A stretch of 32,414 bases of DNA, taken from the NCBI RefSeq assembly GCF_004010195.1, contig NC_057719.1, forward strand, positions 67,051,776 to 67,084,189. The letters are read 5' to 3'. Position numbers and translations under genes: made by a program. Under the pieces are notes generated by a model that saw only the letters and a list, made by a program, of their open reading frames with translations, was not told where the DNA came from and did not search any database. This document shows positions 1-12,623 of this stretch, piece after piece (within the stretch, counting starts at the first letter, position 1; each line of letters begins with the position of its first letter). The stretch comes from Chiloscyllium plagiosum (lineage: Eukaryota).

Positions 1-479
1 AAGGAACTATCAGATGTAGAGTACTTTTCCTGACAATGCAAGCTATCACCAGAAATATTATTAGTCCAGTAACAAAACCACTAATACTTTGAATTCCTTC
101 AGTTGACTGTCATTGTACTAAACAGAGACTTCAGTTTTTTAATGATCCTTTGAGCGATGTCACCAGGAATATCTTAAAGGTCCAACCGTTGTAGCAAATT
201 TGTGGGACGGGCTCTGGACAATGTGCTGTTATAACAGGCGAAGGATGACCATGTCCCTCACTCACTCTGGAGGAGGAGGAATGTTGCACGGGCAAAGTGG
301 CCCAGTCATCATTGTTCAATATATCACCAAAATCTGACCAGCCAACCAGTCAAGATCATGTGGACAATGACAGCATTCCACAATCCTCATATTAAACAAA
401 ACCATGCATGTGTTTTTACTAGGGTCCATTTGCCAACTCCTGTGATAATGGAGAATTGGTAAAGAAAGGATTGCAAGCC

Positions 480-804
480 TGAAACTCTCCAGCAAAGTCA
501 GTTATACTTGACATCTATGTCCAAACTATCAACTTCCAGCATCATTTTCATCAGAATCGATTTGATCAGAACTATGCCAAAATATGGAATCTCCTAGTTG
601 ATTATCTGGATCACAAATCAAGAATTTCAACAGTTCATGGCTCAGGCCAAATAAAATTCAGATGATAAAAAGGAGAGCCAACAATATGTTTTTAAAGCCA
701 TGAGGGTCATCAATGGGGTCATCAAATGGACAAAATCTCTTTTGTTCACAGGATGGCATTTATCTGAAGGATGATAATTTCACCCATCAACACAGGAAAG
801 AGCA
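480..804 (+). mobile_element. RTE-clade LINE, 5' fragment (split by L1)
   Basis: Decayed peptides HQNRFDQNYAKIWNLL (from 549; cf. RTE HQDWFDEND) and FKAMRVING...SQDGIYLKD...RKEQ; resumes after 5869. Confidence 0.65.
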
Positions 805-982
805 ACTGATCAACTGATCTAAGATGGCAGTGATCAGAAAGGTCTGCTTTGCTGAGTTCTGCATCACACTCAAGCAAAGTGGTACTTTAACCATCCCTCC
901 TCCCCCCACTTAAGCCATTTTAGTAAAATTTGACATTAAAACAGTTTCAGAACCTTTACTAATTCCATTTTGTAGAGTAGAG

Positions 983-1837
983 ATGACAAAACATAGAAAA
1001 GGATCGAAGAAGTCCCAACATGTGGGACACCAGCCACAGACACCGAGTATGACCACAGCTGCGACTCCCTCTGCTGGTTCGTTGGACCAATTACTTACCA
1101 GACCTTGGTTGCAGAGTTTAAGAAGCTGCGGGAAGTGATTGAGGCTTCGATTAAAGGAAAGTTCTGAAGTAGGTTGGACCCAATCTCAGCTATGTTTCAG
1201 GAACATGAGCAGCAGCTTGAAGGCCTTGGAAAGAGAATGGAGGAGGTCGAACACTGGACCACAGTATGAGAGACCATGATCAATTCCTCAAACGAGTGGA
1301 TCCAGGCCCTTGAAAAACAGGTCAGTATCTTAACTGAGCGAGTTGACGACCTTGAAAATAGAGGTAGGAGGAAGAACGCCTGTATTGTTGGGCTGCCAGA
1401 GGGAGCAGAAGGCAGTCAGCTAGTGAGTTTTTTGAAAGCTGGTTACCACGATTCCTTTGCTTAGAGGCTGAAGTAGGCCGGGTTAAGATCGAGACAGCTC
1501 AGAGCTGTGGTGCGGAGGTCAGGTTCAGACCAACTCCCTCGCCTGGTCCTAATGCAATTCCACAGTTATAGGGACAAGCAAAAAGCTCTGGAAGCCTCCA
1601 GAACACAAGGAAGGGATCCGCAGGCCTTAATTCATGAGGCTCCAAGATTATGTTTTTCCAGAACTTTTCTGTGGCAGTGGTTCAAAAAAGGAAGCCCTTT
1701 GATGATATTAAGAGAAGACTGAGGGACTTTGGATTCAGTATTGTGCAAGGTATCCAGCAGTGCTTCATTTTACTTACAACGTTCATTTGAATCCTCAGAA
1801 AAAAAAAACGAAAAACTTTCTGGACTCTTTAAACTAG
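983..1837 (+). pseudogene. L1 ORF1 remnant (coiled coil plus RRM)
   Basis: ATG 983 (MTKHRKGSKK); DLENRGRRKNACIVGLPEGAEG is the L1 ORF1 signature; frameshifted. Confidence 0.85.
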
Positions 1838-1935
1838 GTTGGATAGTTTAACTTACATGGACAATAATGCTTTTCCCTTTTCTTAAAGAAAGTGTTGTTG
1901 GATTTTTTTCTGATACTAATCAGCATTAATGTATA

Positions 1936-2111
1936 CACAGGAACCTCAATTATCCGGCATTCGATTATCCGAATTTTGGATTATTCGGACAAGATCGCAA
2001 GGTCCCGATGCTTGGCTAAACTGTGTTATCCTGCATTTGATTATCCAAACATTTGGATATCCGAACAACATGCTCCCACCCATGTCTTTCAGATAATTAA
2101 AGGTTCCTCTG
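1936..2111. mobile_element. pogo/Tigger-like MITE (176 bp) inserted between L1 ORF1 and ORF2
   Basis: TA at 1934-1935 and 2112-2113; TIRs CACAGGAACCTCAATTATCCG / TCAGATAATTAAAGGTTCCTCTG; internal ATTATCCG repeats. Confidence 0.85.
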
Positions 2112-2470
2112 TAGTTGGGGAGGAGTGGAGTACTTACTTTTAACTTCTTTGTTAATGTAGCTATTTTCTTTCTTTTGCTCGAGTTTGGGGTGCAGCTCAA
2201 GCTGGAAGGGGTGACAATGGCGAGGGGATGTGTAGGCGCCCCTTGTGGGCAATAGGTAAATTCACTCATTGGATGCCTTTGGTACTATTTATTTTGTTTC
2301 TTTTTTTGGTTTTTCTGTGTATATTTTCTTCAAAATTTTTAAAATTTATTAGTTGTAGTAGTTTTAGTTTGTGTAGCTTTTAGACTCTATGGGTCTTTTT
2401 TCATTGATGCTCAACGATTTCCAAGTCGAGTTCTTCCTCTCAGGAGTTCAAAATGTCGTTGCAGAGGGTT

Positions 2471-5400
2471 ATGGTTAATGGCGCAGTGTACCTGGAACTT
2501 TAAGGGCAGCCATTTGCCAGTTGAGAGGAAAAAGGTACTTTCTAGTCTTAAAAAAGAGAGGGTGGACATTGCCTATGGCAGGAGACACACCTTAGTGATA
2601 AAGAGCATTTGCAGTGTGGGTTTGATCAGATGCATTTCTCTCTTTTAATACTAGGAGTAGGGGATTGGCCATACTTGTTAGAAAGAATTTAAATTACTAG
2701 ATGATATTAAAGATGAGCAAGCGCAGTTCGTAATCCTTAAAGTCTTGATATATGGGGAAAGAGTATTATATTTTGAATGTTTATTGTCCTCGGCATACCC
2801 CTTAAATTCCTGATAGATATATTTTTCAAACCGAGTATTTTTGCATAGTGGCACATTATTACGGGTGGAGATTTTAACCATCTTATGGATCCCACAGTGG
2901 ACAGAATGCACAAAGGTCTCTGAATACTCTCTTTGCAGCTGAGAAGGCATATTTTGAGAGACCAACAGTGGCTAAGTCGCAGCAGCTTACAATGCTTCAG
3001 TCTACTTTGAATTCCATGCTCACGTAGAAAGAAACTCATTTTTGCGAAACAAAGGTTGTTTGATCATGGTGATAGGCCGGGCAAGTATGTAGTATATCTT
3101 GCCAGAGAGAGAAAAAAAAAAGCCCTCCCTCCATTACCTCAATCAGGGAATGGACTGGAACTCTTATCAGCGATTCTAAAAAGACCAACGCTGCATTTTG
3201 GAGATTTTACTCAATCAGATCAGTCCAAAATGTTGTGAGGATGGGTAGGCTAAGATAGAGTCTTTTAAGAGCTTGGAACTTCCAGGTGTGACTTCCAAGC
3301 AGGCGTCTTTCCTGAAAACTCCTTTAACAGTGCAGCAAGTACAGGAGGCTGTGTAGCTGCTTCAGAGCGGAAAGGTGCCTGGCCCTGATTGTCTTCCGAG
3401 TGAATTCCACAAAGAGTTTCTAATTATATTGTCAGGTTGATGCTTAACATATACAGTTACTCATACAGTCACGACCACCTCCCGCCATCCTTGAGGGGCT
3501 AATATTTATCTTATTCTTAACAAAGGGAAAAACTCAGAGGACTGTGCTTCCTACAGGCCCATCTCCCTTTTAAATTCCAATTTTAAAATCTTGTCCAAGA
3601 ATCTTGCACTAAGGTTGGAAATTGTGTTGCTTTCCACAGTTAAAGAGGACCAGACAGGTTTTATAAAGGGCTGCAGATCCTCCAACAATGTCAGGAGGCT
3701 ACTTAATACAATCCAAGCGTGTCAGCAATAATCTGTGCAGGGATTACTGATCTCCCTGGAGAAGGCATTTGATCGGGTCGAGTGGCCATATCTTTTCTAT
3801 ACTCTGGAATGGTTTGGTCGAGGTGAAGCCTTTATTAGATGGGTACGGGTCCTTTATAGCAATCCTCTAGCCACGGTTCTCATTATGGTGTGAGATCTAA
3901 TAATTTTCATATAGGTAGGGGCTGTTGGCAAGGTTGTCCTCCCTCCCCATTGCTTTTTACATACCTCTGCCAGCGGATCAATCACCAATCTGTAGGGATC
4001 CTTAAAAGAGCTGCCCCAGAAATGAGATCAAAATCACATAAGATCACATTGTATGTGGATTATGTTCTTATTTTTTTGTCGAACCCTGTAGTTTCAGTAC
4101 CTCATCTGATACAATGTATCAGATCACCAAATCATTTGGTGCCTTTTCAGGCTGAAAGATTAACTTTTCTAAATTGGAGGCTATGCCTATGGGGGATCTT
4201 AGAAGGATACCCAACATCAAGGGCAAATCACGATTTCCCTTTAAATGGTCACTTCCACCATCTTGGTTAGGCTGAGTAGACCTCATTAAAATGAATATCC
4301 TTCCTTGTTGGTTATACCCTACACAAATGCATCCTTTGATCTTTCAAAGGCAAAACTTCTGGAGACTTAATGGCTGGTTTAGCTCCATTATCTGGCATCA
4401 TAGGTGGTCCCTGATCGAGCTAGTCAAATTGCAACAACTGCATAGATTTGGGGTGGGGAGTGGACCTCCTGGACATTAGAAGATACCAACTGAGCTCCCT
4501 TTTATCTTTTGAGAGTGACTGGGTCTGTGAGGACCCACGTCAATATGGTTAACTATTGAGGCTTCTCAGGTAAAATGCCCCCTTATTAGCCTGCTGTTCT
4601 TCGACAAAATGAGGATAGTTATGGAATGTCGTCATAATCCAATAATTATTAATACCATAAAAGTATGGAGCACAATGCAGCAGAGCAAGGGCAATCTATT
4701 CAAACCTATCCACCACTATAGTTGGTATGCTGGGTTTTAAGCCAGGGGTGATGGATCCTGGGTTTAAACTCGAAGCAGCTAGGGGCATTTCCCATTTGGG
4801 TAATTTATTTGAGGGGGAAAACACTGATGTGCTTTGATCAAATAACTCCTAAGTATGGATTATCTAGTAGAGACCTTTCTCATTTTTTTCCAAATTAGGG
4901 ACTTTATTTAAAAAAGGAACTACACCTTTAACCAACTCTTACAGATCATATATTGAGATGAGGGTGCTTTATGTTACAAGCACTCTCTCAGTTGGCGCTC
5001 TATCTGTTGGGGCATGGCCCCTCAGATGAGGCTGAGCGGCTTTATGAGGTCTGGGAGAGAGAGGTGGGGTTGAGATCTTCTGAGACATGGGAGGACATTT
5101 GTGAAAAACACTAGAAAGATTTTGATCTGTAATAGGAACCATGCCATGCAATTGAAGATCCTTTATAGGACCCATCTAGCCCCAGATCACGCCTCAAAAT
5201 TTAAGGTGGGAGTATCCTCAGTGTAAAATAAGCATGGATAATCTCAATCATTGTTTGTGGTCATACTGAAGGATTGTGGTAGGAGTAACAGAGGGGGTCT
5301 CGGGGCCTAAAGTTAAGGTGAACCCAGTCTCCCTTCTCCTGGGCGGCCCAATTTATCTTCTTTATGCTCATGGGAAAAAAAACATCCTTACTTTCTGTGC

Positions 5401-5602
5401 AAGGAAAGACGTTCTGAAGTGTTGGGTGCCTGAAAAACCACCGCACCTGTCAGGTTGCCATAAGCTAGTCGTGCAGCATATCCCGCTGGATTTTCTCAAC
5501 TACAGTGCATCAAAAATAGAATTTTTATATAAATCATAGCAACCCTTTTTGGATTACCTGGATGCAGACTTGTCTTCCACTCTAATTAGATCTTTTGTAT
5601 AG
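2471..5602 (+). pseudogene. L1 ORF2 remnant (APE endonuclease, RT, C-terminal Cys/His region)
   Basis: TWNFKG, QETHL, GGDFN (EN); [44 protein letters not shown] (decayed YADD); HCLWS near 5248. Confidence 0.88.
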
Positions 5603-5869
5603 CCATGAGGATTTGATTTAGTAAATCTATTACCGAGAGGAAGAATTTTGAATAAATGACTGCGCAATAAGATTGAGAGCTATTGTTTTATTATGCTGTG
5701 AAGTTTGATTTATTATTCCTATTCGTTTGTTTAATTTGTTGTGGTGTGTATATGCACACATATAGTTTTGTTCTGTCTTTTTTTTCTTTGAGTAGCATTG
5801 TTGATTTATTGTAATTTTTTTAAAAAAACCTTTTCCAACAGAAATATCTAGAAAAAGACTGATCAACTG

Positions 5870-6720
5870 TGAACGCAATATGGCAGCTGACAATTTCTAG
5901 GCTACATCTACAAGCTGCAGTAACATCTATGGGTATATTACAATCAGAAAGCTGTAGCAAACAATCAAATGGATGAAAAACAACAAAATCCAAAGTCCTG
6001 CATGGTATTCCAGGTAAGTTGGTGGCTTTTTGCTCACATCATTACTAAATGCATTAATCCTGTGCACGAGACAGGAAAAAGAATTCCTTCAAATGCCCAG
6101 ATTTCACGAATGTCACAATTGTAAAAATCTTCAAGAAAGGAGATAGTTTCCACAGTATGATTTATCAAGGTATTTCCCTCTTAGGAAAAAACCCTGACAC
6201 TCATTCACCTGAATCACTTACTTCCTGTGAGTGAAGAAATTCTCCCAGAGACAGTATGCTTTAGATTTCCCAGAGGAATCACTGTCGTGGTATGCATTAT
6301 CTACAAATCTAAGAAAAACGTCAATACCACCACCAGAAACCGTTCGCAGCATTCACCAACCAAAAGCATTTGACTCAGTACATTGTGAGGCTGTGTATAT
6401 TATGCTCCAAAGACAGGATGTCCAACAAACTTCAACACAATCCTGCAATTGTTTCAATGATGATTTGATTGCATTTGTGCAAGATCTGAAACTTTCAAAC
6501 CTAGACCAGAATCAGCAAGACTGCAAAATAGCACAGATACCATATGTAATCTGACAGTGGCTATTCTTCAAGGACCAAACGCCCTCTATTGAAAGCATTA
6601 GTGAACCCCTTTACCCTGAGTTGTCATAACTAAAATGACCATGTTACTGATGACTTCACTGTTGTTTCCCACTCTGCATTAGACTCAAGCCTTTTTCTAT
6701 CCTTCTATTCTACTTAGAAG
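5870..6720 (+). mobile_element. RTE-clade LINE, RT fragment (continuation)
   Basis: Decayed IKWMKNNK..GIP, IVKIFKKGD, YQGISLL, EEILPERQ, KAFDSV, TDDFTVVSHS (YADD region). Confidence 0.75.
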
Positions 6721-6726
6721 AGACAC

Positions 6727-8195
6727 AGAATATAGAACATAGAACAGTGCAGCACAGTATAGGTCGTTCTGCCCTCTATGTTGTGCCAACCTTTTAATCT
6801 TATTCTAAGATCAGACTAACCTACATACCCTTCATTGTACCATCATCCACGTGCCTATCCAAGAGTTGCTTAAATGTCCCTGGTGTATGTGGGTGGTGGG
6901 TGCGTGAGTGCACTGCCAGCAGTGGTGGTAAAGAACCTACATCTGATATCTCCCCTAAACCTTCCTCCAAACACCTTAAAATTATGCCCCCTCGCGATAG
7001 CTATTTCTGCCCTAGGAAAAGTCTCTGGCTATCCACTCTATACCTCTGATCATCTTGTACACCTTTATCAAGTCACTTCTCATCCTTCTTCATTCCAATG
7101 AGAAAAGCCATAACACCCTCAAAACTTTCTTCATACGACAAATCTCCTCTGCATCCTCTCTAAAGCTTCCACAACCATTTTAAAATAAGGCGGCCAGAAC
7201 GGAGCAAAATATTCCAAGTGTAGTCTAACCAGAGCTCTATAGAACTGCAGCATAACCTCATGGGTCTTACAACTCAATCCCCCTGCTAATGAAAGCCAAC
7301 ATACCATAGACCTTCTTGACAACCCTATCAACTTGGGTGGTAACTTTGAGGGATCTATGGACATCAGAGATATACAGCATGGAAACAGATCCTTCGGTCT
7401 GTGCCGACCAGATATCCCAACCCAATCTAGTCCCACCTACCAGCACACGGCCCATATCCCTCCAAACCCTTCCTATTCATATACCCGTCCAAATTCCTCT
7501 TAAATGTTGCAATTGTACCAGCCTCCACCACATCCTCTGGCAGCTCGTTCCATACACGTACCACCCTCTGCGTGAAAAAGTTGCTCCTTAGCTCTCTTTT
7601 ATATCTTTCCCCTCTCACCCTCCAGTTCTGGACTCCCCGACCCCAGGGAAAAGATTTTGTCTATTTATCCTATCCATGCCCCTCTATAAACCTCTATAAA
7701 GGTCACCACTCGATGCCAAGATCCCCCTGTTCCTCCACAGTGCCTAGAATCCTGACTTTAACTCTGTATTCTGCATTCAAATTTGACCTTCCAAAATGAA
7801 TCACTTCACAAGTTTCCATCTGCCACTTATCAGCCCAGTTCTGCATCCTGTCAATGTCTTGTTGCAAACTACAACAGCCCTCTACACTATCTACCAATCC
7901 ACCAATCTTCATGTCAGCAGCAAAATTACTAACCCACCCTTCCACTTCCTCATCCAAATCATTTATGAAAATCACAAAGAGCAAAGAGCAGAGGTCCCAA
8001 AACTGATCCCTGCGGAACACCACTGGTTGCCAAACTCCAGGTGGAATACTTTCAGTATTCTCCTGTGGTCTTCTATGGGCCAGCAAATCTGTATCCAGAC
8101 AACCAGATTTCCCTGTATCCCGTGCCTCCTTACTTTTTTGAATGAGCCTACCATGGGAAACCTTATCAAATGCCTTCCTAAAATCCATGTATATA
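6727..8195 (-). mobile_element. CR1 LINE 3' part (RT to 3' tail), interrupted by a second CR1
   Basis: ATAGAAC-type tail repeats at 6727-6745; minus-strand YMDFRKAFDKVSH, FINDLD, LQQDIDR, LYRALVRLHLEY-type peptides. Confidence 0.88.
7364..7710 (-). mobile_element. CR1 3' fragment nested in the above CR1
   Basis: Independent 3' UTR (gacc-gaagg stem motif) and NFFTQRVVRVWNELP; host resumes ggacat|gatgccaagatcc. Confidence 0.75.
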
Positions 8196-8481
8196 GCCGC
8201 AGAAACAAAACTTAACTCACATAAAGCCATACAAATGAAGCCCCTGCACTGTACAGGTTCAACGCAACCACTCCCTAAAATCTACTTAGCAGTAATAAAT
8301 ATAACAATACCAACAACATCCACAGACTATGAACAAACAAAATGTCATGGGAAATTACAATGTAAAACTGAAACTGCCTTTTGAATTGAATGACTCCACA
8401 GCACCATCTACAGTAATGCATCATTTTATATATGCAGTCAATTTCCAAATTAAAAGGTCATGTTTAAATCAAAAACCCTAC

Positions 8482-8649
8482 CTTATTAATGGCGCAGGAT
8501 GTCAGTTCTCTTAAGGAACCACTGCTGGTCTTCAAAATCCTGGATAAATCCTCACGGGCTGCCAAGAGGTGTGCCAGTGTTACAGTAGATCCCTGGGACA
8601 AAGTGTGCCTTTTTGGTTGATACACCTTTGCCATATTATCTGTATTTGC
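8482..8649 (-). CDS. FAM98B: FAM98B coding exon 7 (ANTDNMAKVYQPKRHTLSQGSTVTLAHLLAAREDLSRILKTSSGSLRELTSCAINK)
   Basis: Acceptor actttttag, donor gtaggg; 168 nt; signature YQPKR, AHLLAAREDLS, TSSG, CAINK. Gene continues beyond the left window edge. Confidence 0.96.
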
Positions 8650-9344
8650 CTAAAAAGTAAAACTCCATTATTCTTGTTTTAATTCACATATTTTCTTCGC
8701 AATAAGGATAGGACTCCTTTCCAGTATATTAACACTAATTGTTCTGTTCAGTGGGAAGGCTGACCAGTTAAACTGGAAACAACTTACATACAATTTCAAC
8801 TTACATACTGGAAACAACTTACATACAAGAACAACATATTTTATTGATCAGATTTTACAGATGACCATGATATCCCAACCGAGAGGTGCAATTTAAATTG
8901 ACAGACTGGACCTCAGCAAAGCCTGAATTATTGTTTCTCCATATGTAGAGATGGACAAAAGACTGAAACTTACAATTCCAAAGGTGCTCCTTGGTGTGGA
9001 TAAGAAATGTACTGAAAAGATTTGAGTAGAGAATGAGAGAGCAGAATCCAAGTCTGGGTAACCACTACATATTTGCAATTGAATAGCAAAGTAAATTTTC
9101 CAATTGAAGCAATCGGGGAAAAAAAAGGATTGACTTTTTCAGGTGGGGTTGTACTACAAATTTTTCAGGATATCAGTATCTACTGAAAGGATCAATGTGG
9201 TGTTGAAAACATCCATACACACTAGGTCACCACACAGGAAATGGATTTCAAGGAAGCAGTGAACCTTTTATGACCACGTGGTAACAAGGGCAATTGTAAA
9301 ATAATGAGAGCGAGATTAAGGAGGCAAAACCAAATACAACCTCA

Positions 9345-9596
9345 ACCCCCTCAGGTATAAAAATCCATGGCACTATTTCAAAGAAATGACTTGTGTTCTG
9401 GTCATTTCCCATACATCCAACAAATATTAACAGATGATTCTGGTGATCATTTACTTCGCTGGTATTTGAGAGACCTTGCAACTGCAAAACTGCCTCCTCT
9501 ATTTATAACAGAAAGGACTATATTTTTAAAATACTTAATAGGCCCCAAGTTCGAAAAGTGTTGCCCGATATTCCTGAGGTCAGTAAAAGCATGCGT
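9345..9596 (+). mobile_element. Ancient Deu-domain SINE fragment (SacSINE1/AmnSINE-like)
   Basis: aaaatccatggcactatttcaaagaa...cagatgattctggtgatcatt...cctgaggtcagtaaaagc resembles Deu core plus tail from memory. Confidence 0.6.
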
Positions 9597-9879
9597 TGCC
9601 GTTGTTATTGGAGGTGATAATGTAGTAGCAAAAATGCAGAGGTGAATTGTCAGCTTGTTGATGGAAGCATTTGCAGAGTGTTCTTGGTCTCATGAATAAG
9701 CATGTGTGCAATAAAAGAAAATGCTGTGACTCACTCATACTTTGTCTCAGAATATCATTTAAAGGGATAAAAACCTCAGAAATATGCAGCCAAATGAAGT
9801 TAGACAAACCAAATTAGCTTAGAAGATTTTCAATATTTTGTTAAAATGGCATCACGTCGAAGTAGTGTAACCAAGAAAT

Positions 9880-10250
9880 TGTTAAGGAAACAGAATGAAT
9901 GGAAACTAAGAGATAAAAGACACTTTAAAAGCTTCTCTGGGTATGTAAAATGATTAATGAAAGTAAACACGAGTGCATTAGGAGTTGTAGAAAACAAAAA
10001 TTCTCGAAACAGTGGGAAACCCAGGGTCCATGTAAATGAGAAACCTAACAAAGATGAGTAAAGAACTAGTACAGGTGAAATTAATGGGTCAAAAGGTGAG
10101 AAATCCCCTTAATCCAATAGCCTAATTAAAGGGCTTTTATTAAAAAAAATTGCTACAAGAGATAGTGGATGCATTGTTTTTGATCTTCCAGATTTCCCTA
10201 AATTCTATATGTTTCCTTGGATTGCAAGGTAACAAACATAGCCCTTTCAG
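9880..10250 (+). mobile_element. Old CR1 fragment (pre-RT region)
   Basis: Decayed KSFxxYV, KSP..., EIVDAL.LIFQ.SL, KVTNI.PF motifs; resumes ~11385. Confidence 0.6.
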
Positions 10251-10293
10251 GACTTGTGGCAGTGTGATGTAATCCAGATTCAAGTCCCCCCTG

Positions 10294-10870
10294 CTCCAGA
10301 AACATCTTTGAAAGTTGCCACTCAGGTGGATAGAGCTTGTAAGAAGGTCTATGGTGTATTAGCATTCATTAGCAGAGGGATTGAATTCAAGAGTCGTGAA
10401 GTGATGTTGCAGCTGTACAGGACCTTGGTTAGGCCACATTTGGAGTACTGTGTGCAGTTCTGGTCGTCTCACTTTAGGAAAGATGTGGTCGTACGAGAGG
10501 TTGAGAGTGCTAGGCCTTTTCTCATTGGAACGGCGAAGGATGAGGGGTGACTTGATAGAGGTTTATAAGATGATCAGGGGAGTAGACAGTCAGAAACTCT
10601 CCCCCCCGAGTACAACAGAGTGTTACAAGGGGACATAAATTTAAGAGAAGGGTGGAAGGTATAGGGGGGATGTCAGGGGTAGGTTCTTTGCCCAGAGAGT
10701 GGTGGGGGCATGGAATGCGCCACCTGTGGGAGTGGCAGAGTCAGAATCATTGGCGACCTTTAAGCGGCAATTGGATAAGTACATGGATGGGTGCTTAAGC
10801 TTGGACAAATGTTCGGCACAACATCGTGGGCCGAAGGGCCTGTTCTGTGCTGTATTGTTCTATGTTCTAA
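10294..10870 (+). mobile_element. Younger CR1 3' end
   Basis: LKVATQVDR, LYRTLVRPHLEYCVQFWS, RGDLIEVYK; ends tgtattgttctatgttcta. Confidence 0.88.
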
Positions 10871-10871
10871 G

Positions 10872-11034
10872 NNNNNNNNNNNNNNNNNNNNNNNNNNNNN
10901 NNNNNNNNNNNNNNNNNNNNNNNNNNNNNNNNNNNNNNNNNNNNNNNNNNNNNNNNNNNNNNNNNNNNNNNNNNNNNNNNNNNNNNNNNNNNNNNNNNNN
11001 NNNNNNNNNNNNNNNNNNNNNNNNNNNNNNNNNN
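10872..11034. other. Assembly gap (163 N)
   Basis: Run of N. Confidence 1.
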
Positions 11035-11335
11035 GTGTTACAAGGGGACATAAATTTAAGGTGAAGGGTGAAAGGTATGGGGGGGATGTCAGGGGTAGGT
11101 CCTTTACCCAGAGAGTGGTGGGGGCATGGAATGCGCCACCTGTGGGAGTGGCAGAATCAGAATTCTTGGTGACCTTTAAGCGGCAATTGGATAGGTACAT
11201 GGATGGGTGCTTAAGCTGGCGACCTTTAAGCGGCAATTGGATAAGTACATGGATGGGTGCTTAAGCTTGGACAAATGCTCAGCACAACATCGTGGGCCGA
11301 AGGGGTGTTCTGTGCTGTATTGTTCTATGTTCTAT
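11035..11335 (+). mobile_element. Second CR1 3' end, near-copy of 10620-10869, with an internal ~48-bp tandem duplication
   Basis: Direct sequence comparison; gacctttaagcggcaattggata(g/a)gtacatggatgggtgcttaagct occurs twice in ~11170-11267. Confidence 0.85.
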
Positions 11336-11384
11336 CTCCATAAAATCATGCCATAGATTGATGAGATAATATCAAAAAAAAAGA

Positions 11385-11745
11385 TCTTCAACAAGTAGGG
11401 AGAAAGAATATATGCACCTAGAGAAAGGTCAATTAACTGGACTTCATAAGTGTAGGAAGAAAGTCAGATTATTATTAGGAGCGTGTCAGCAGAGTACTTG
11501 GGAAAATCATAATACAATTAGACTTAGTTTGTGTGGATTTATAAAAAGGGAAGAGTATTTGACAAATCATTGAGAGCTTTTCTTTTTGGAGGTTGGAGAA
11601 GTTTTTTTTTAAAAATAGCAAGACCAGGAAATGTATCCCGAGACACCTCAATGCCATTGTATACAAAACACAGTTCACATGGGTACAGCAAGCAATTAGG
11701 AAAGCAAATATTATGTTAGTCTTAATTATAAAATGGATTGGACTA
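11385..11745 (+). mobile_element. Old CR1 fragment (continuation of 9880-10250)
   Basis: Decayed GFIK..LTN.L and VQQAIRKANIML motifs. Confidence 0.55.
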
Positions 11746-12623
11746 TCACCACCTGATGTGCTGAATGGAATCCCTTGGTAATATGAAATATTCATTCAAC
11801 ACCAACTTACAATACACATTATATCAAGCAGTAGTGCAAATTCTTAATCTTAGGTGACACTTCACAGAATATTGTTTGCAACCCTTTAATCATCTTGGGC
11901 AGACAACTCACCAGTATCCAGATGATTAGTCAATATCTCATCACTGCAATGTGTAAAATGCATTGCAGGATAATGATAGCACTTAGGGAAATAGCAGAGG
12001 CAGAACGCAACAAACAATGAGAGGAATGCATTTGCCCACAGTCTCGCACATTGTTGTCGTTACACAGAATAGTAGGAGAATAATTTTAAAAAAGGAGAAA
12101 GGAATATGATAAAGACACACACTGCTTGACTACATATCTTCAAAACCTGACCTGCGTGCTCTTTTCCAGAGTGGCCTACTAAGCCAGTCACTCTCACTGG
12201 GGAAACATGAAGCCAGAGAATAACTCCTCCCTCCAAATTTTCCTACCCCATCCAATGTTAGGAATCATGGATTTTGCCTAAAACTTTAGACTGGTCCTGA
12301 GATTCCAGTAAAAGGTTGAATCTAAACATCAGAAACACAACTTAAATTCAGTTTCAAAGTAAGCGTCAACACGCATATATTTATAACTTAGTCAGAAGGC
12401 AACAATAATAAATTAACCACTCAAATGATAAAATCTTAAAATTTCTTTGCTTTATTTTAACACATTCACTGCCAAGCATTTATTTCATACTTCGATGTTG
12501 CTTCAAATCACAGTTTGTTCCTCAGTGCACAGAGTTCCTAAGTTTTTAAAGTCAGAATACAGAGTTTGGGAGGTACAAAAGCAATTTGAAGATAAATTTT
12601 ATTCTGTATCTTTAGACCCTTAC

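Larger units (their letters stand above)
817..5857 (+). mobile_element. Near full-length, dead L1-clade LINE
   Basis: 12-bp TSD ACTGATCAACTG at 805-816 and 5858-5869; 5' AAGATGGC (YY1-like) start; ORF1 and ORF2 remnants; A-rich 3' end; many stops, frameshifts and an internal ORF2 deletion. Confidence 0.9.

Noticed and set aside
262..290. Minus-strand NIPPPPE resembling FAM98 exon 8 (EIEPPPPEMP)
   Set aside because: Followed immediately by TGA, has an upstream in-frame stop, and lacks the VLMGRVPDRGG motif
1..479. Possible decayed hAT or RTE endonuclease remnant
   Set aside because: Only vague motif resemblance; cannot be supported without an HMM search
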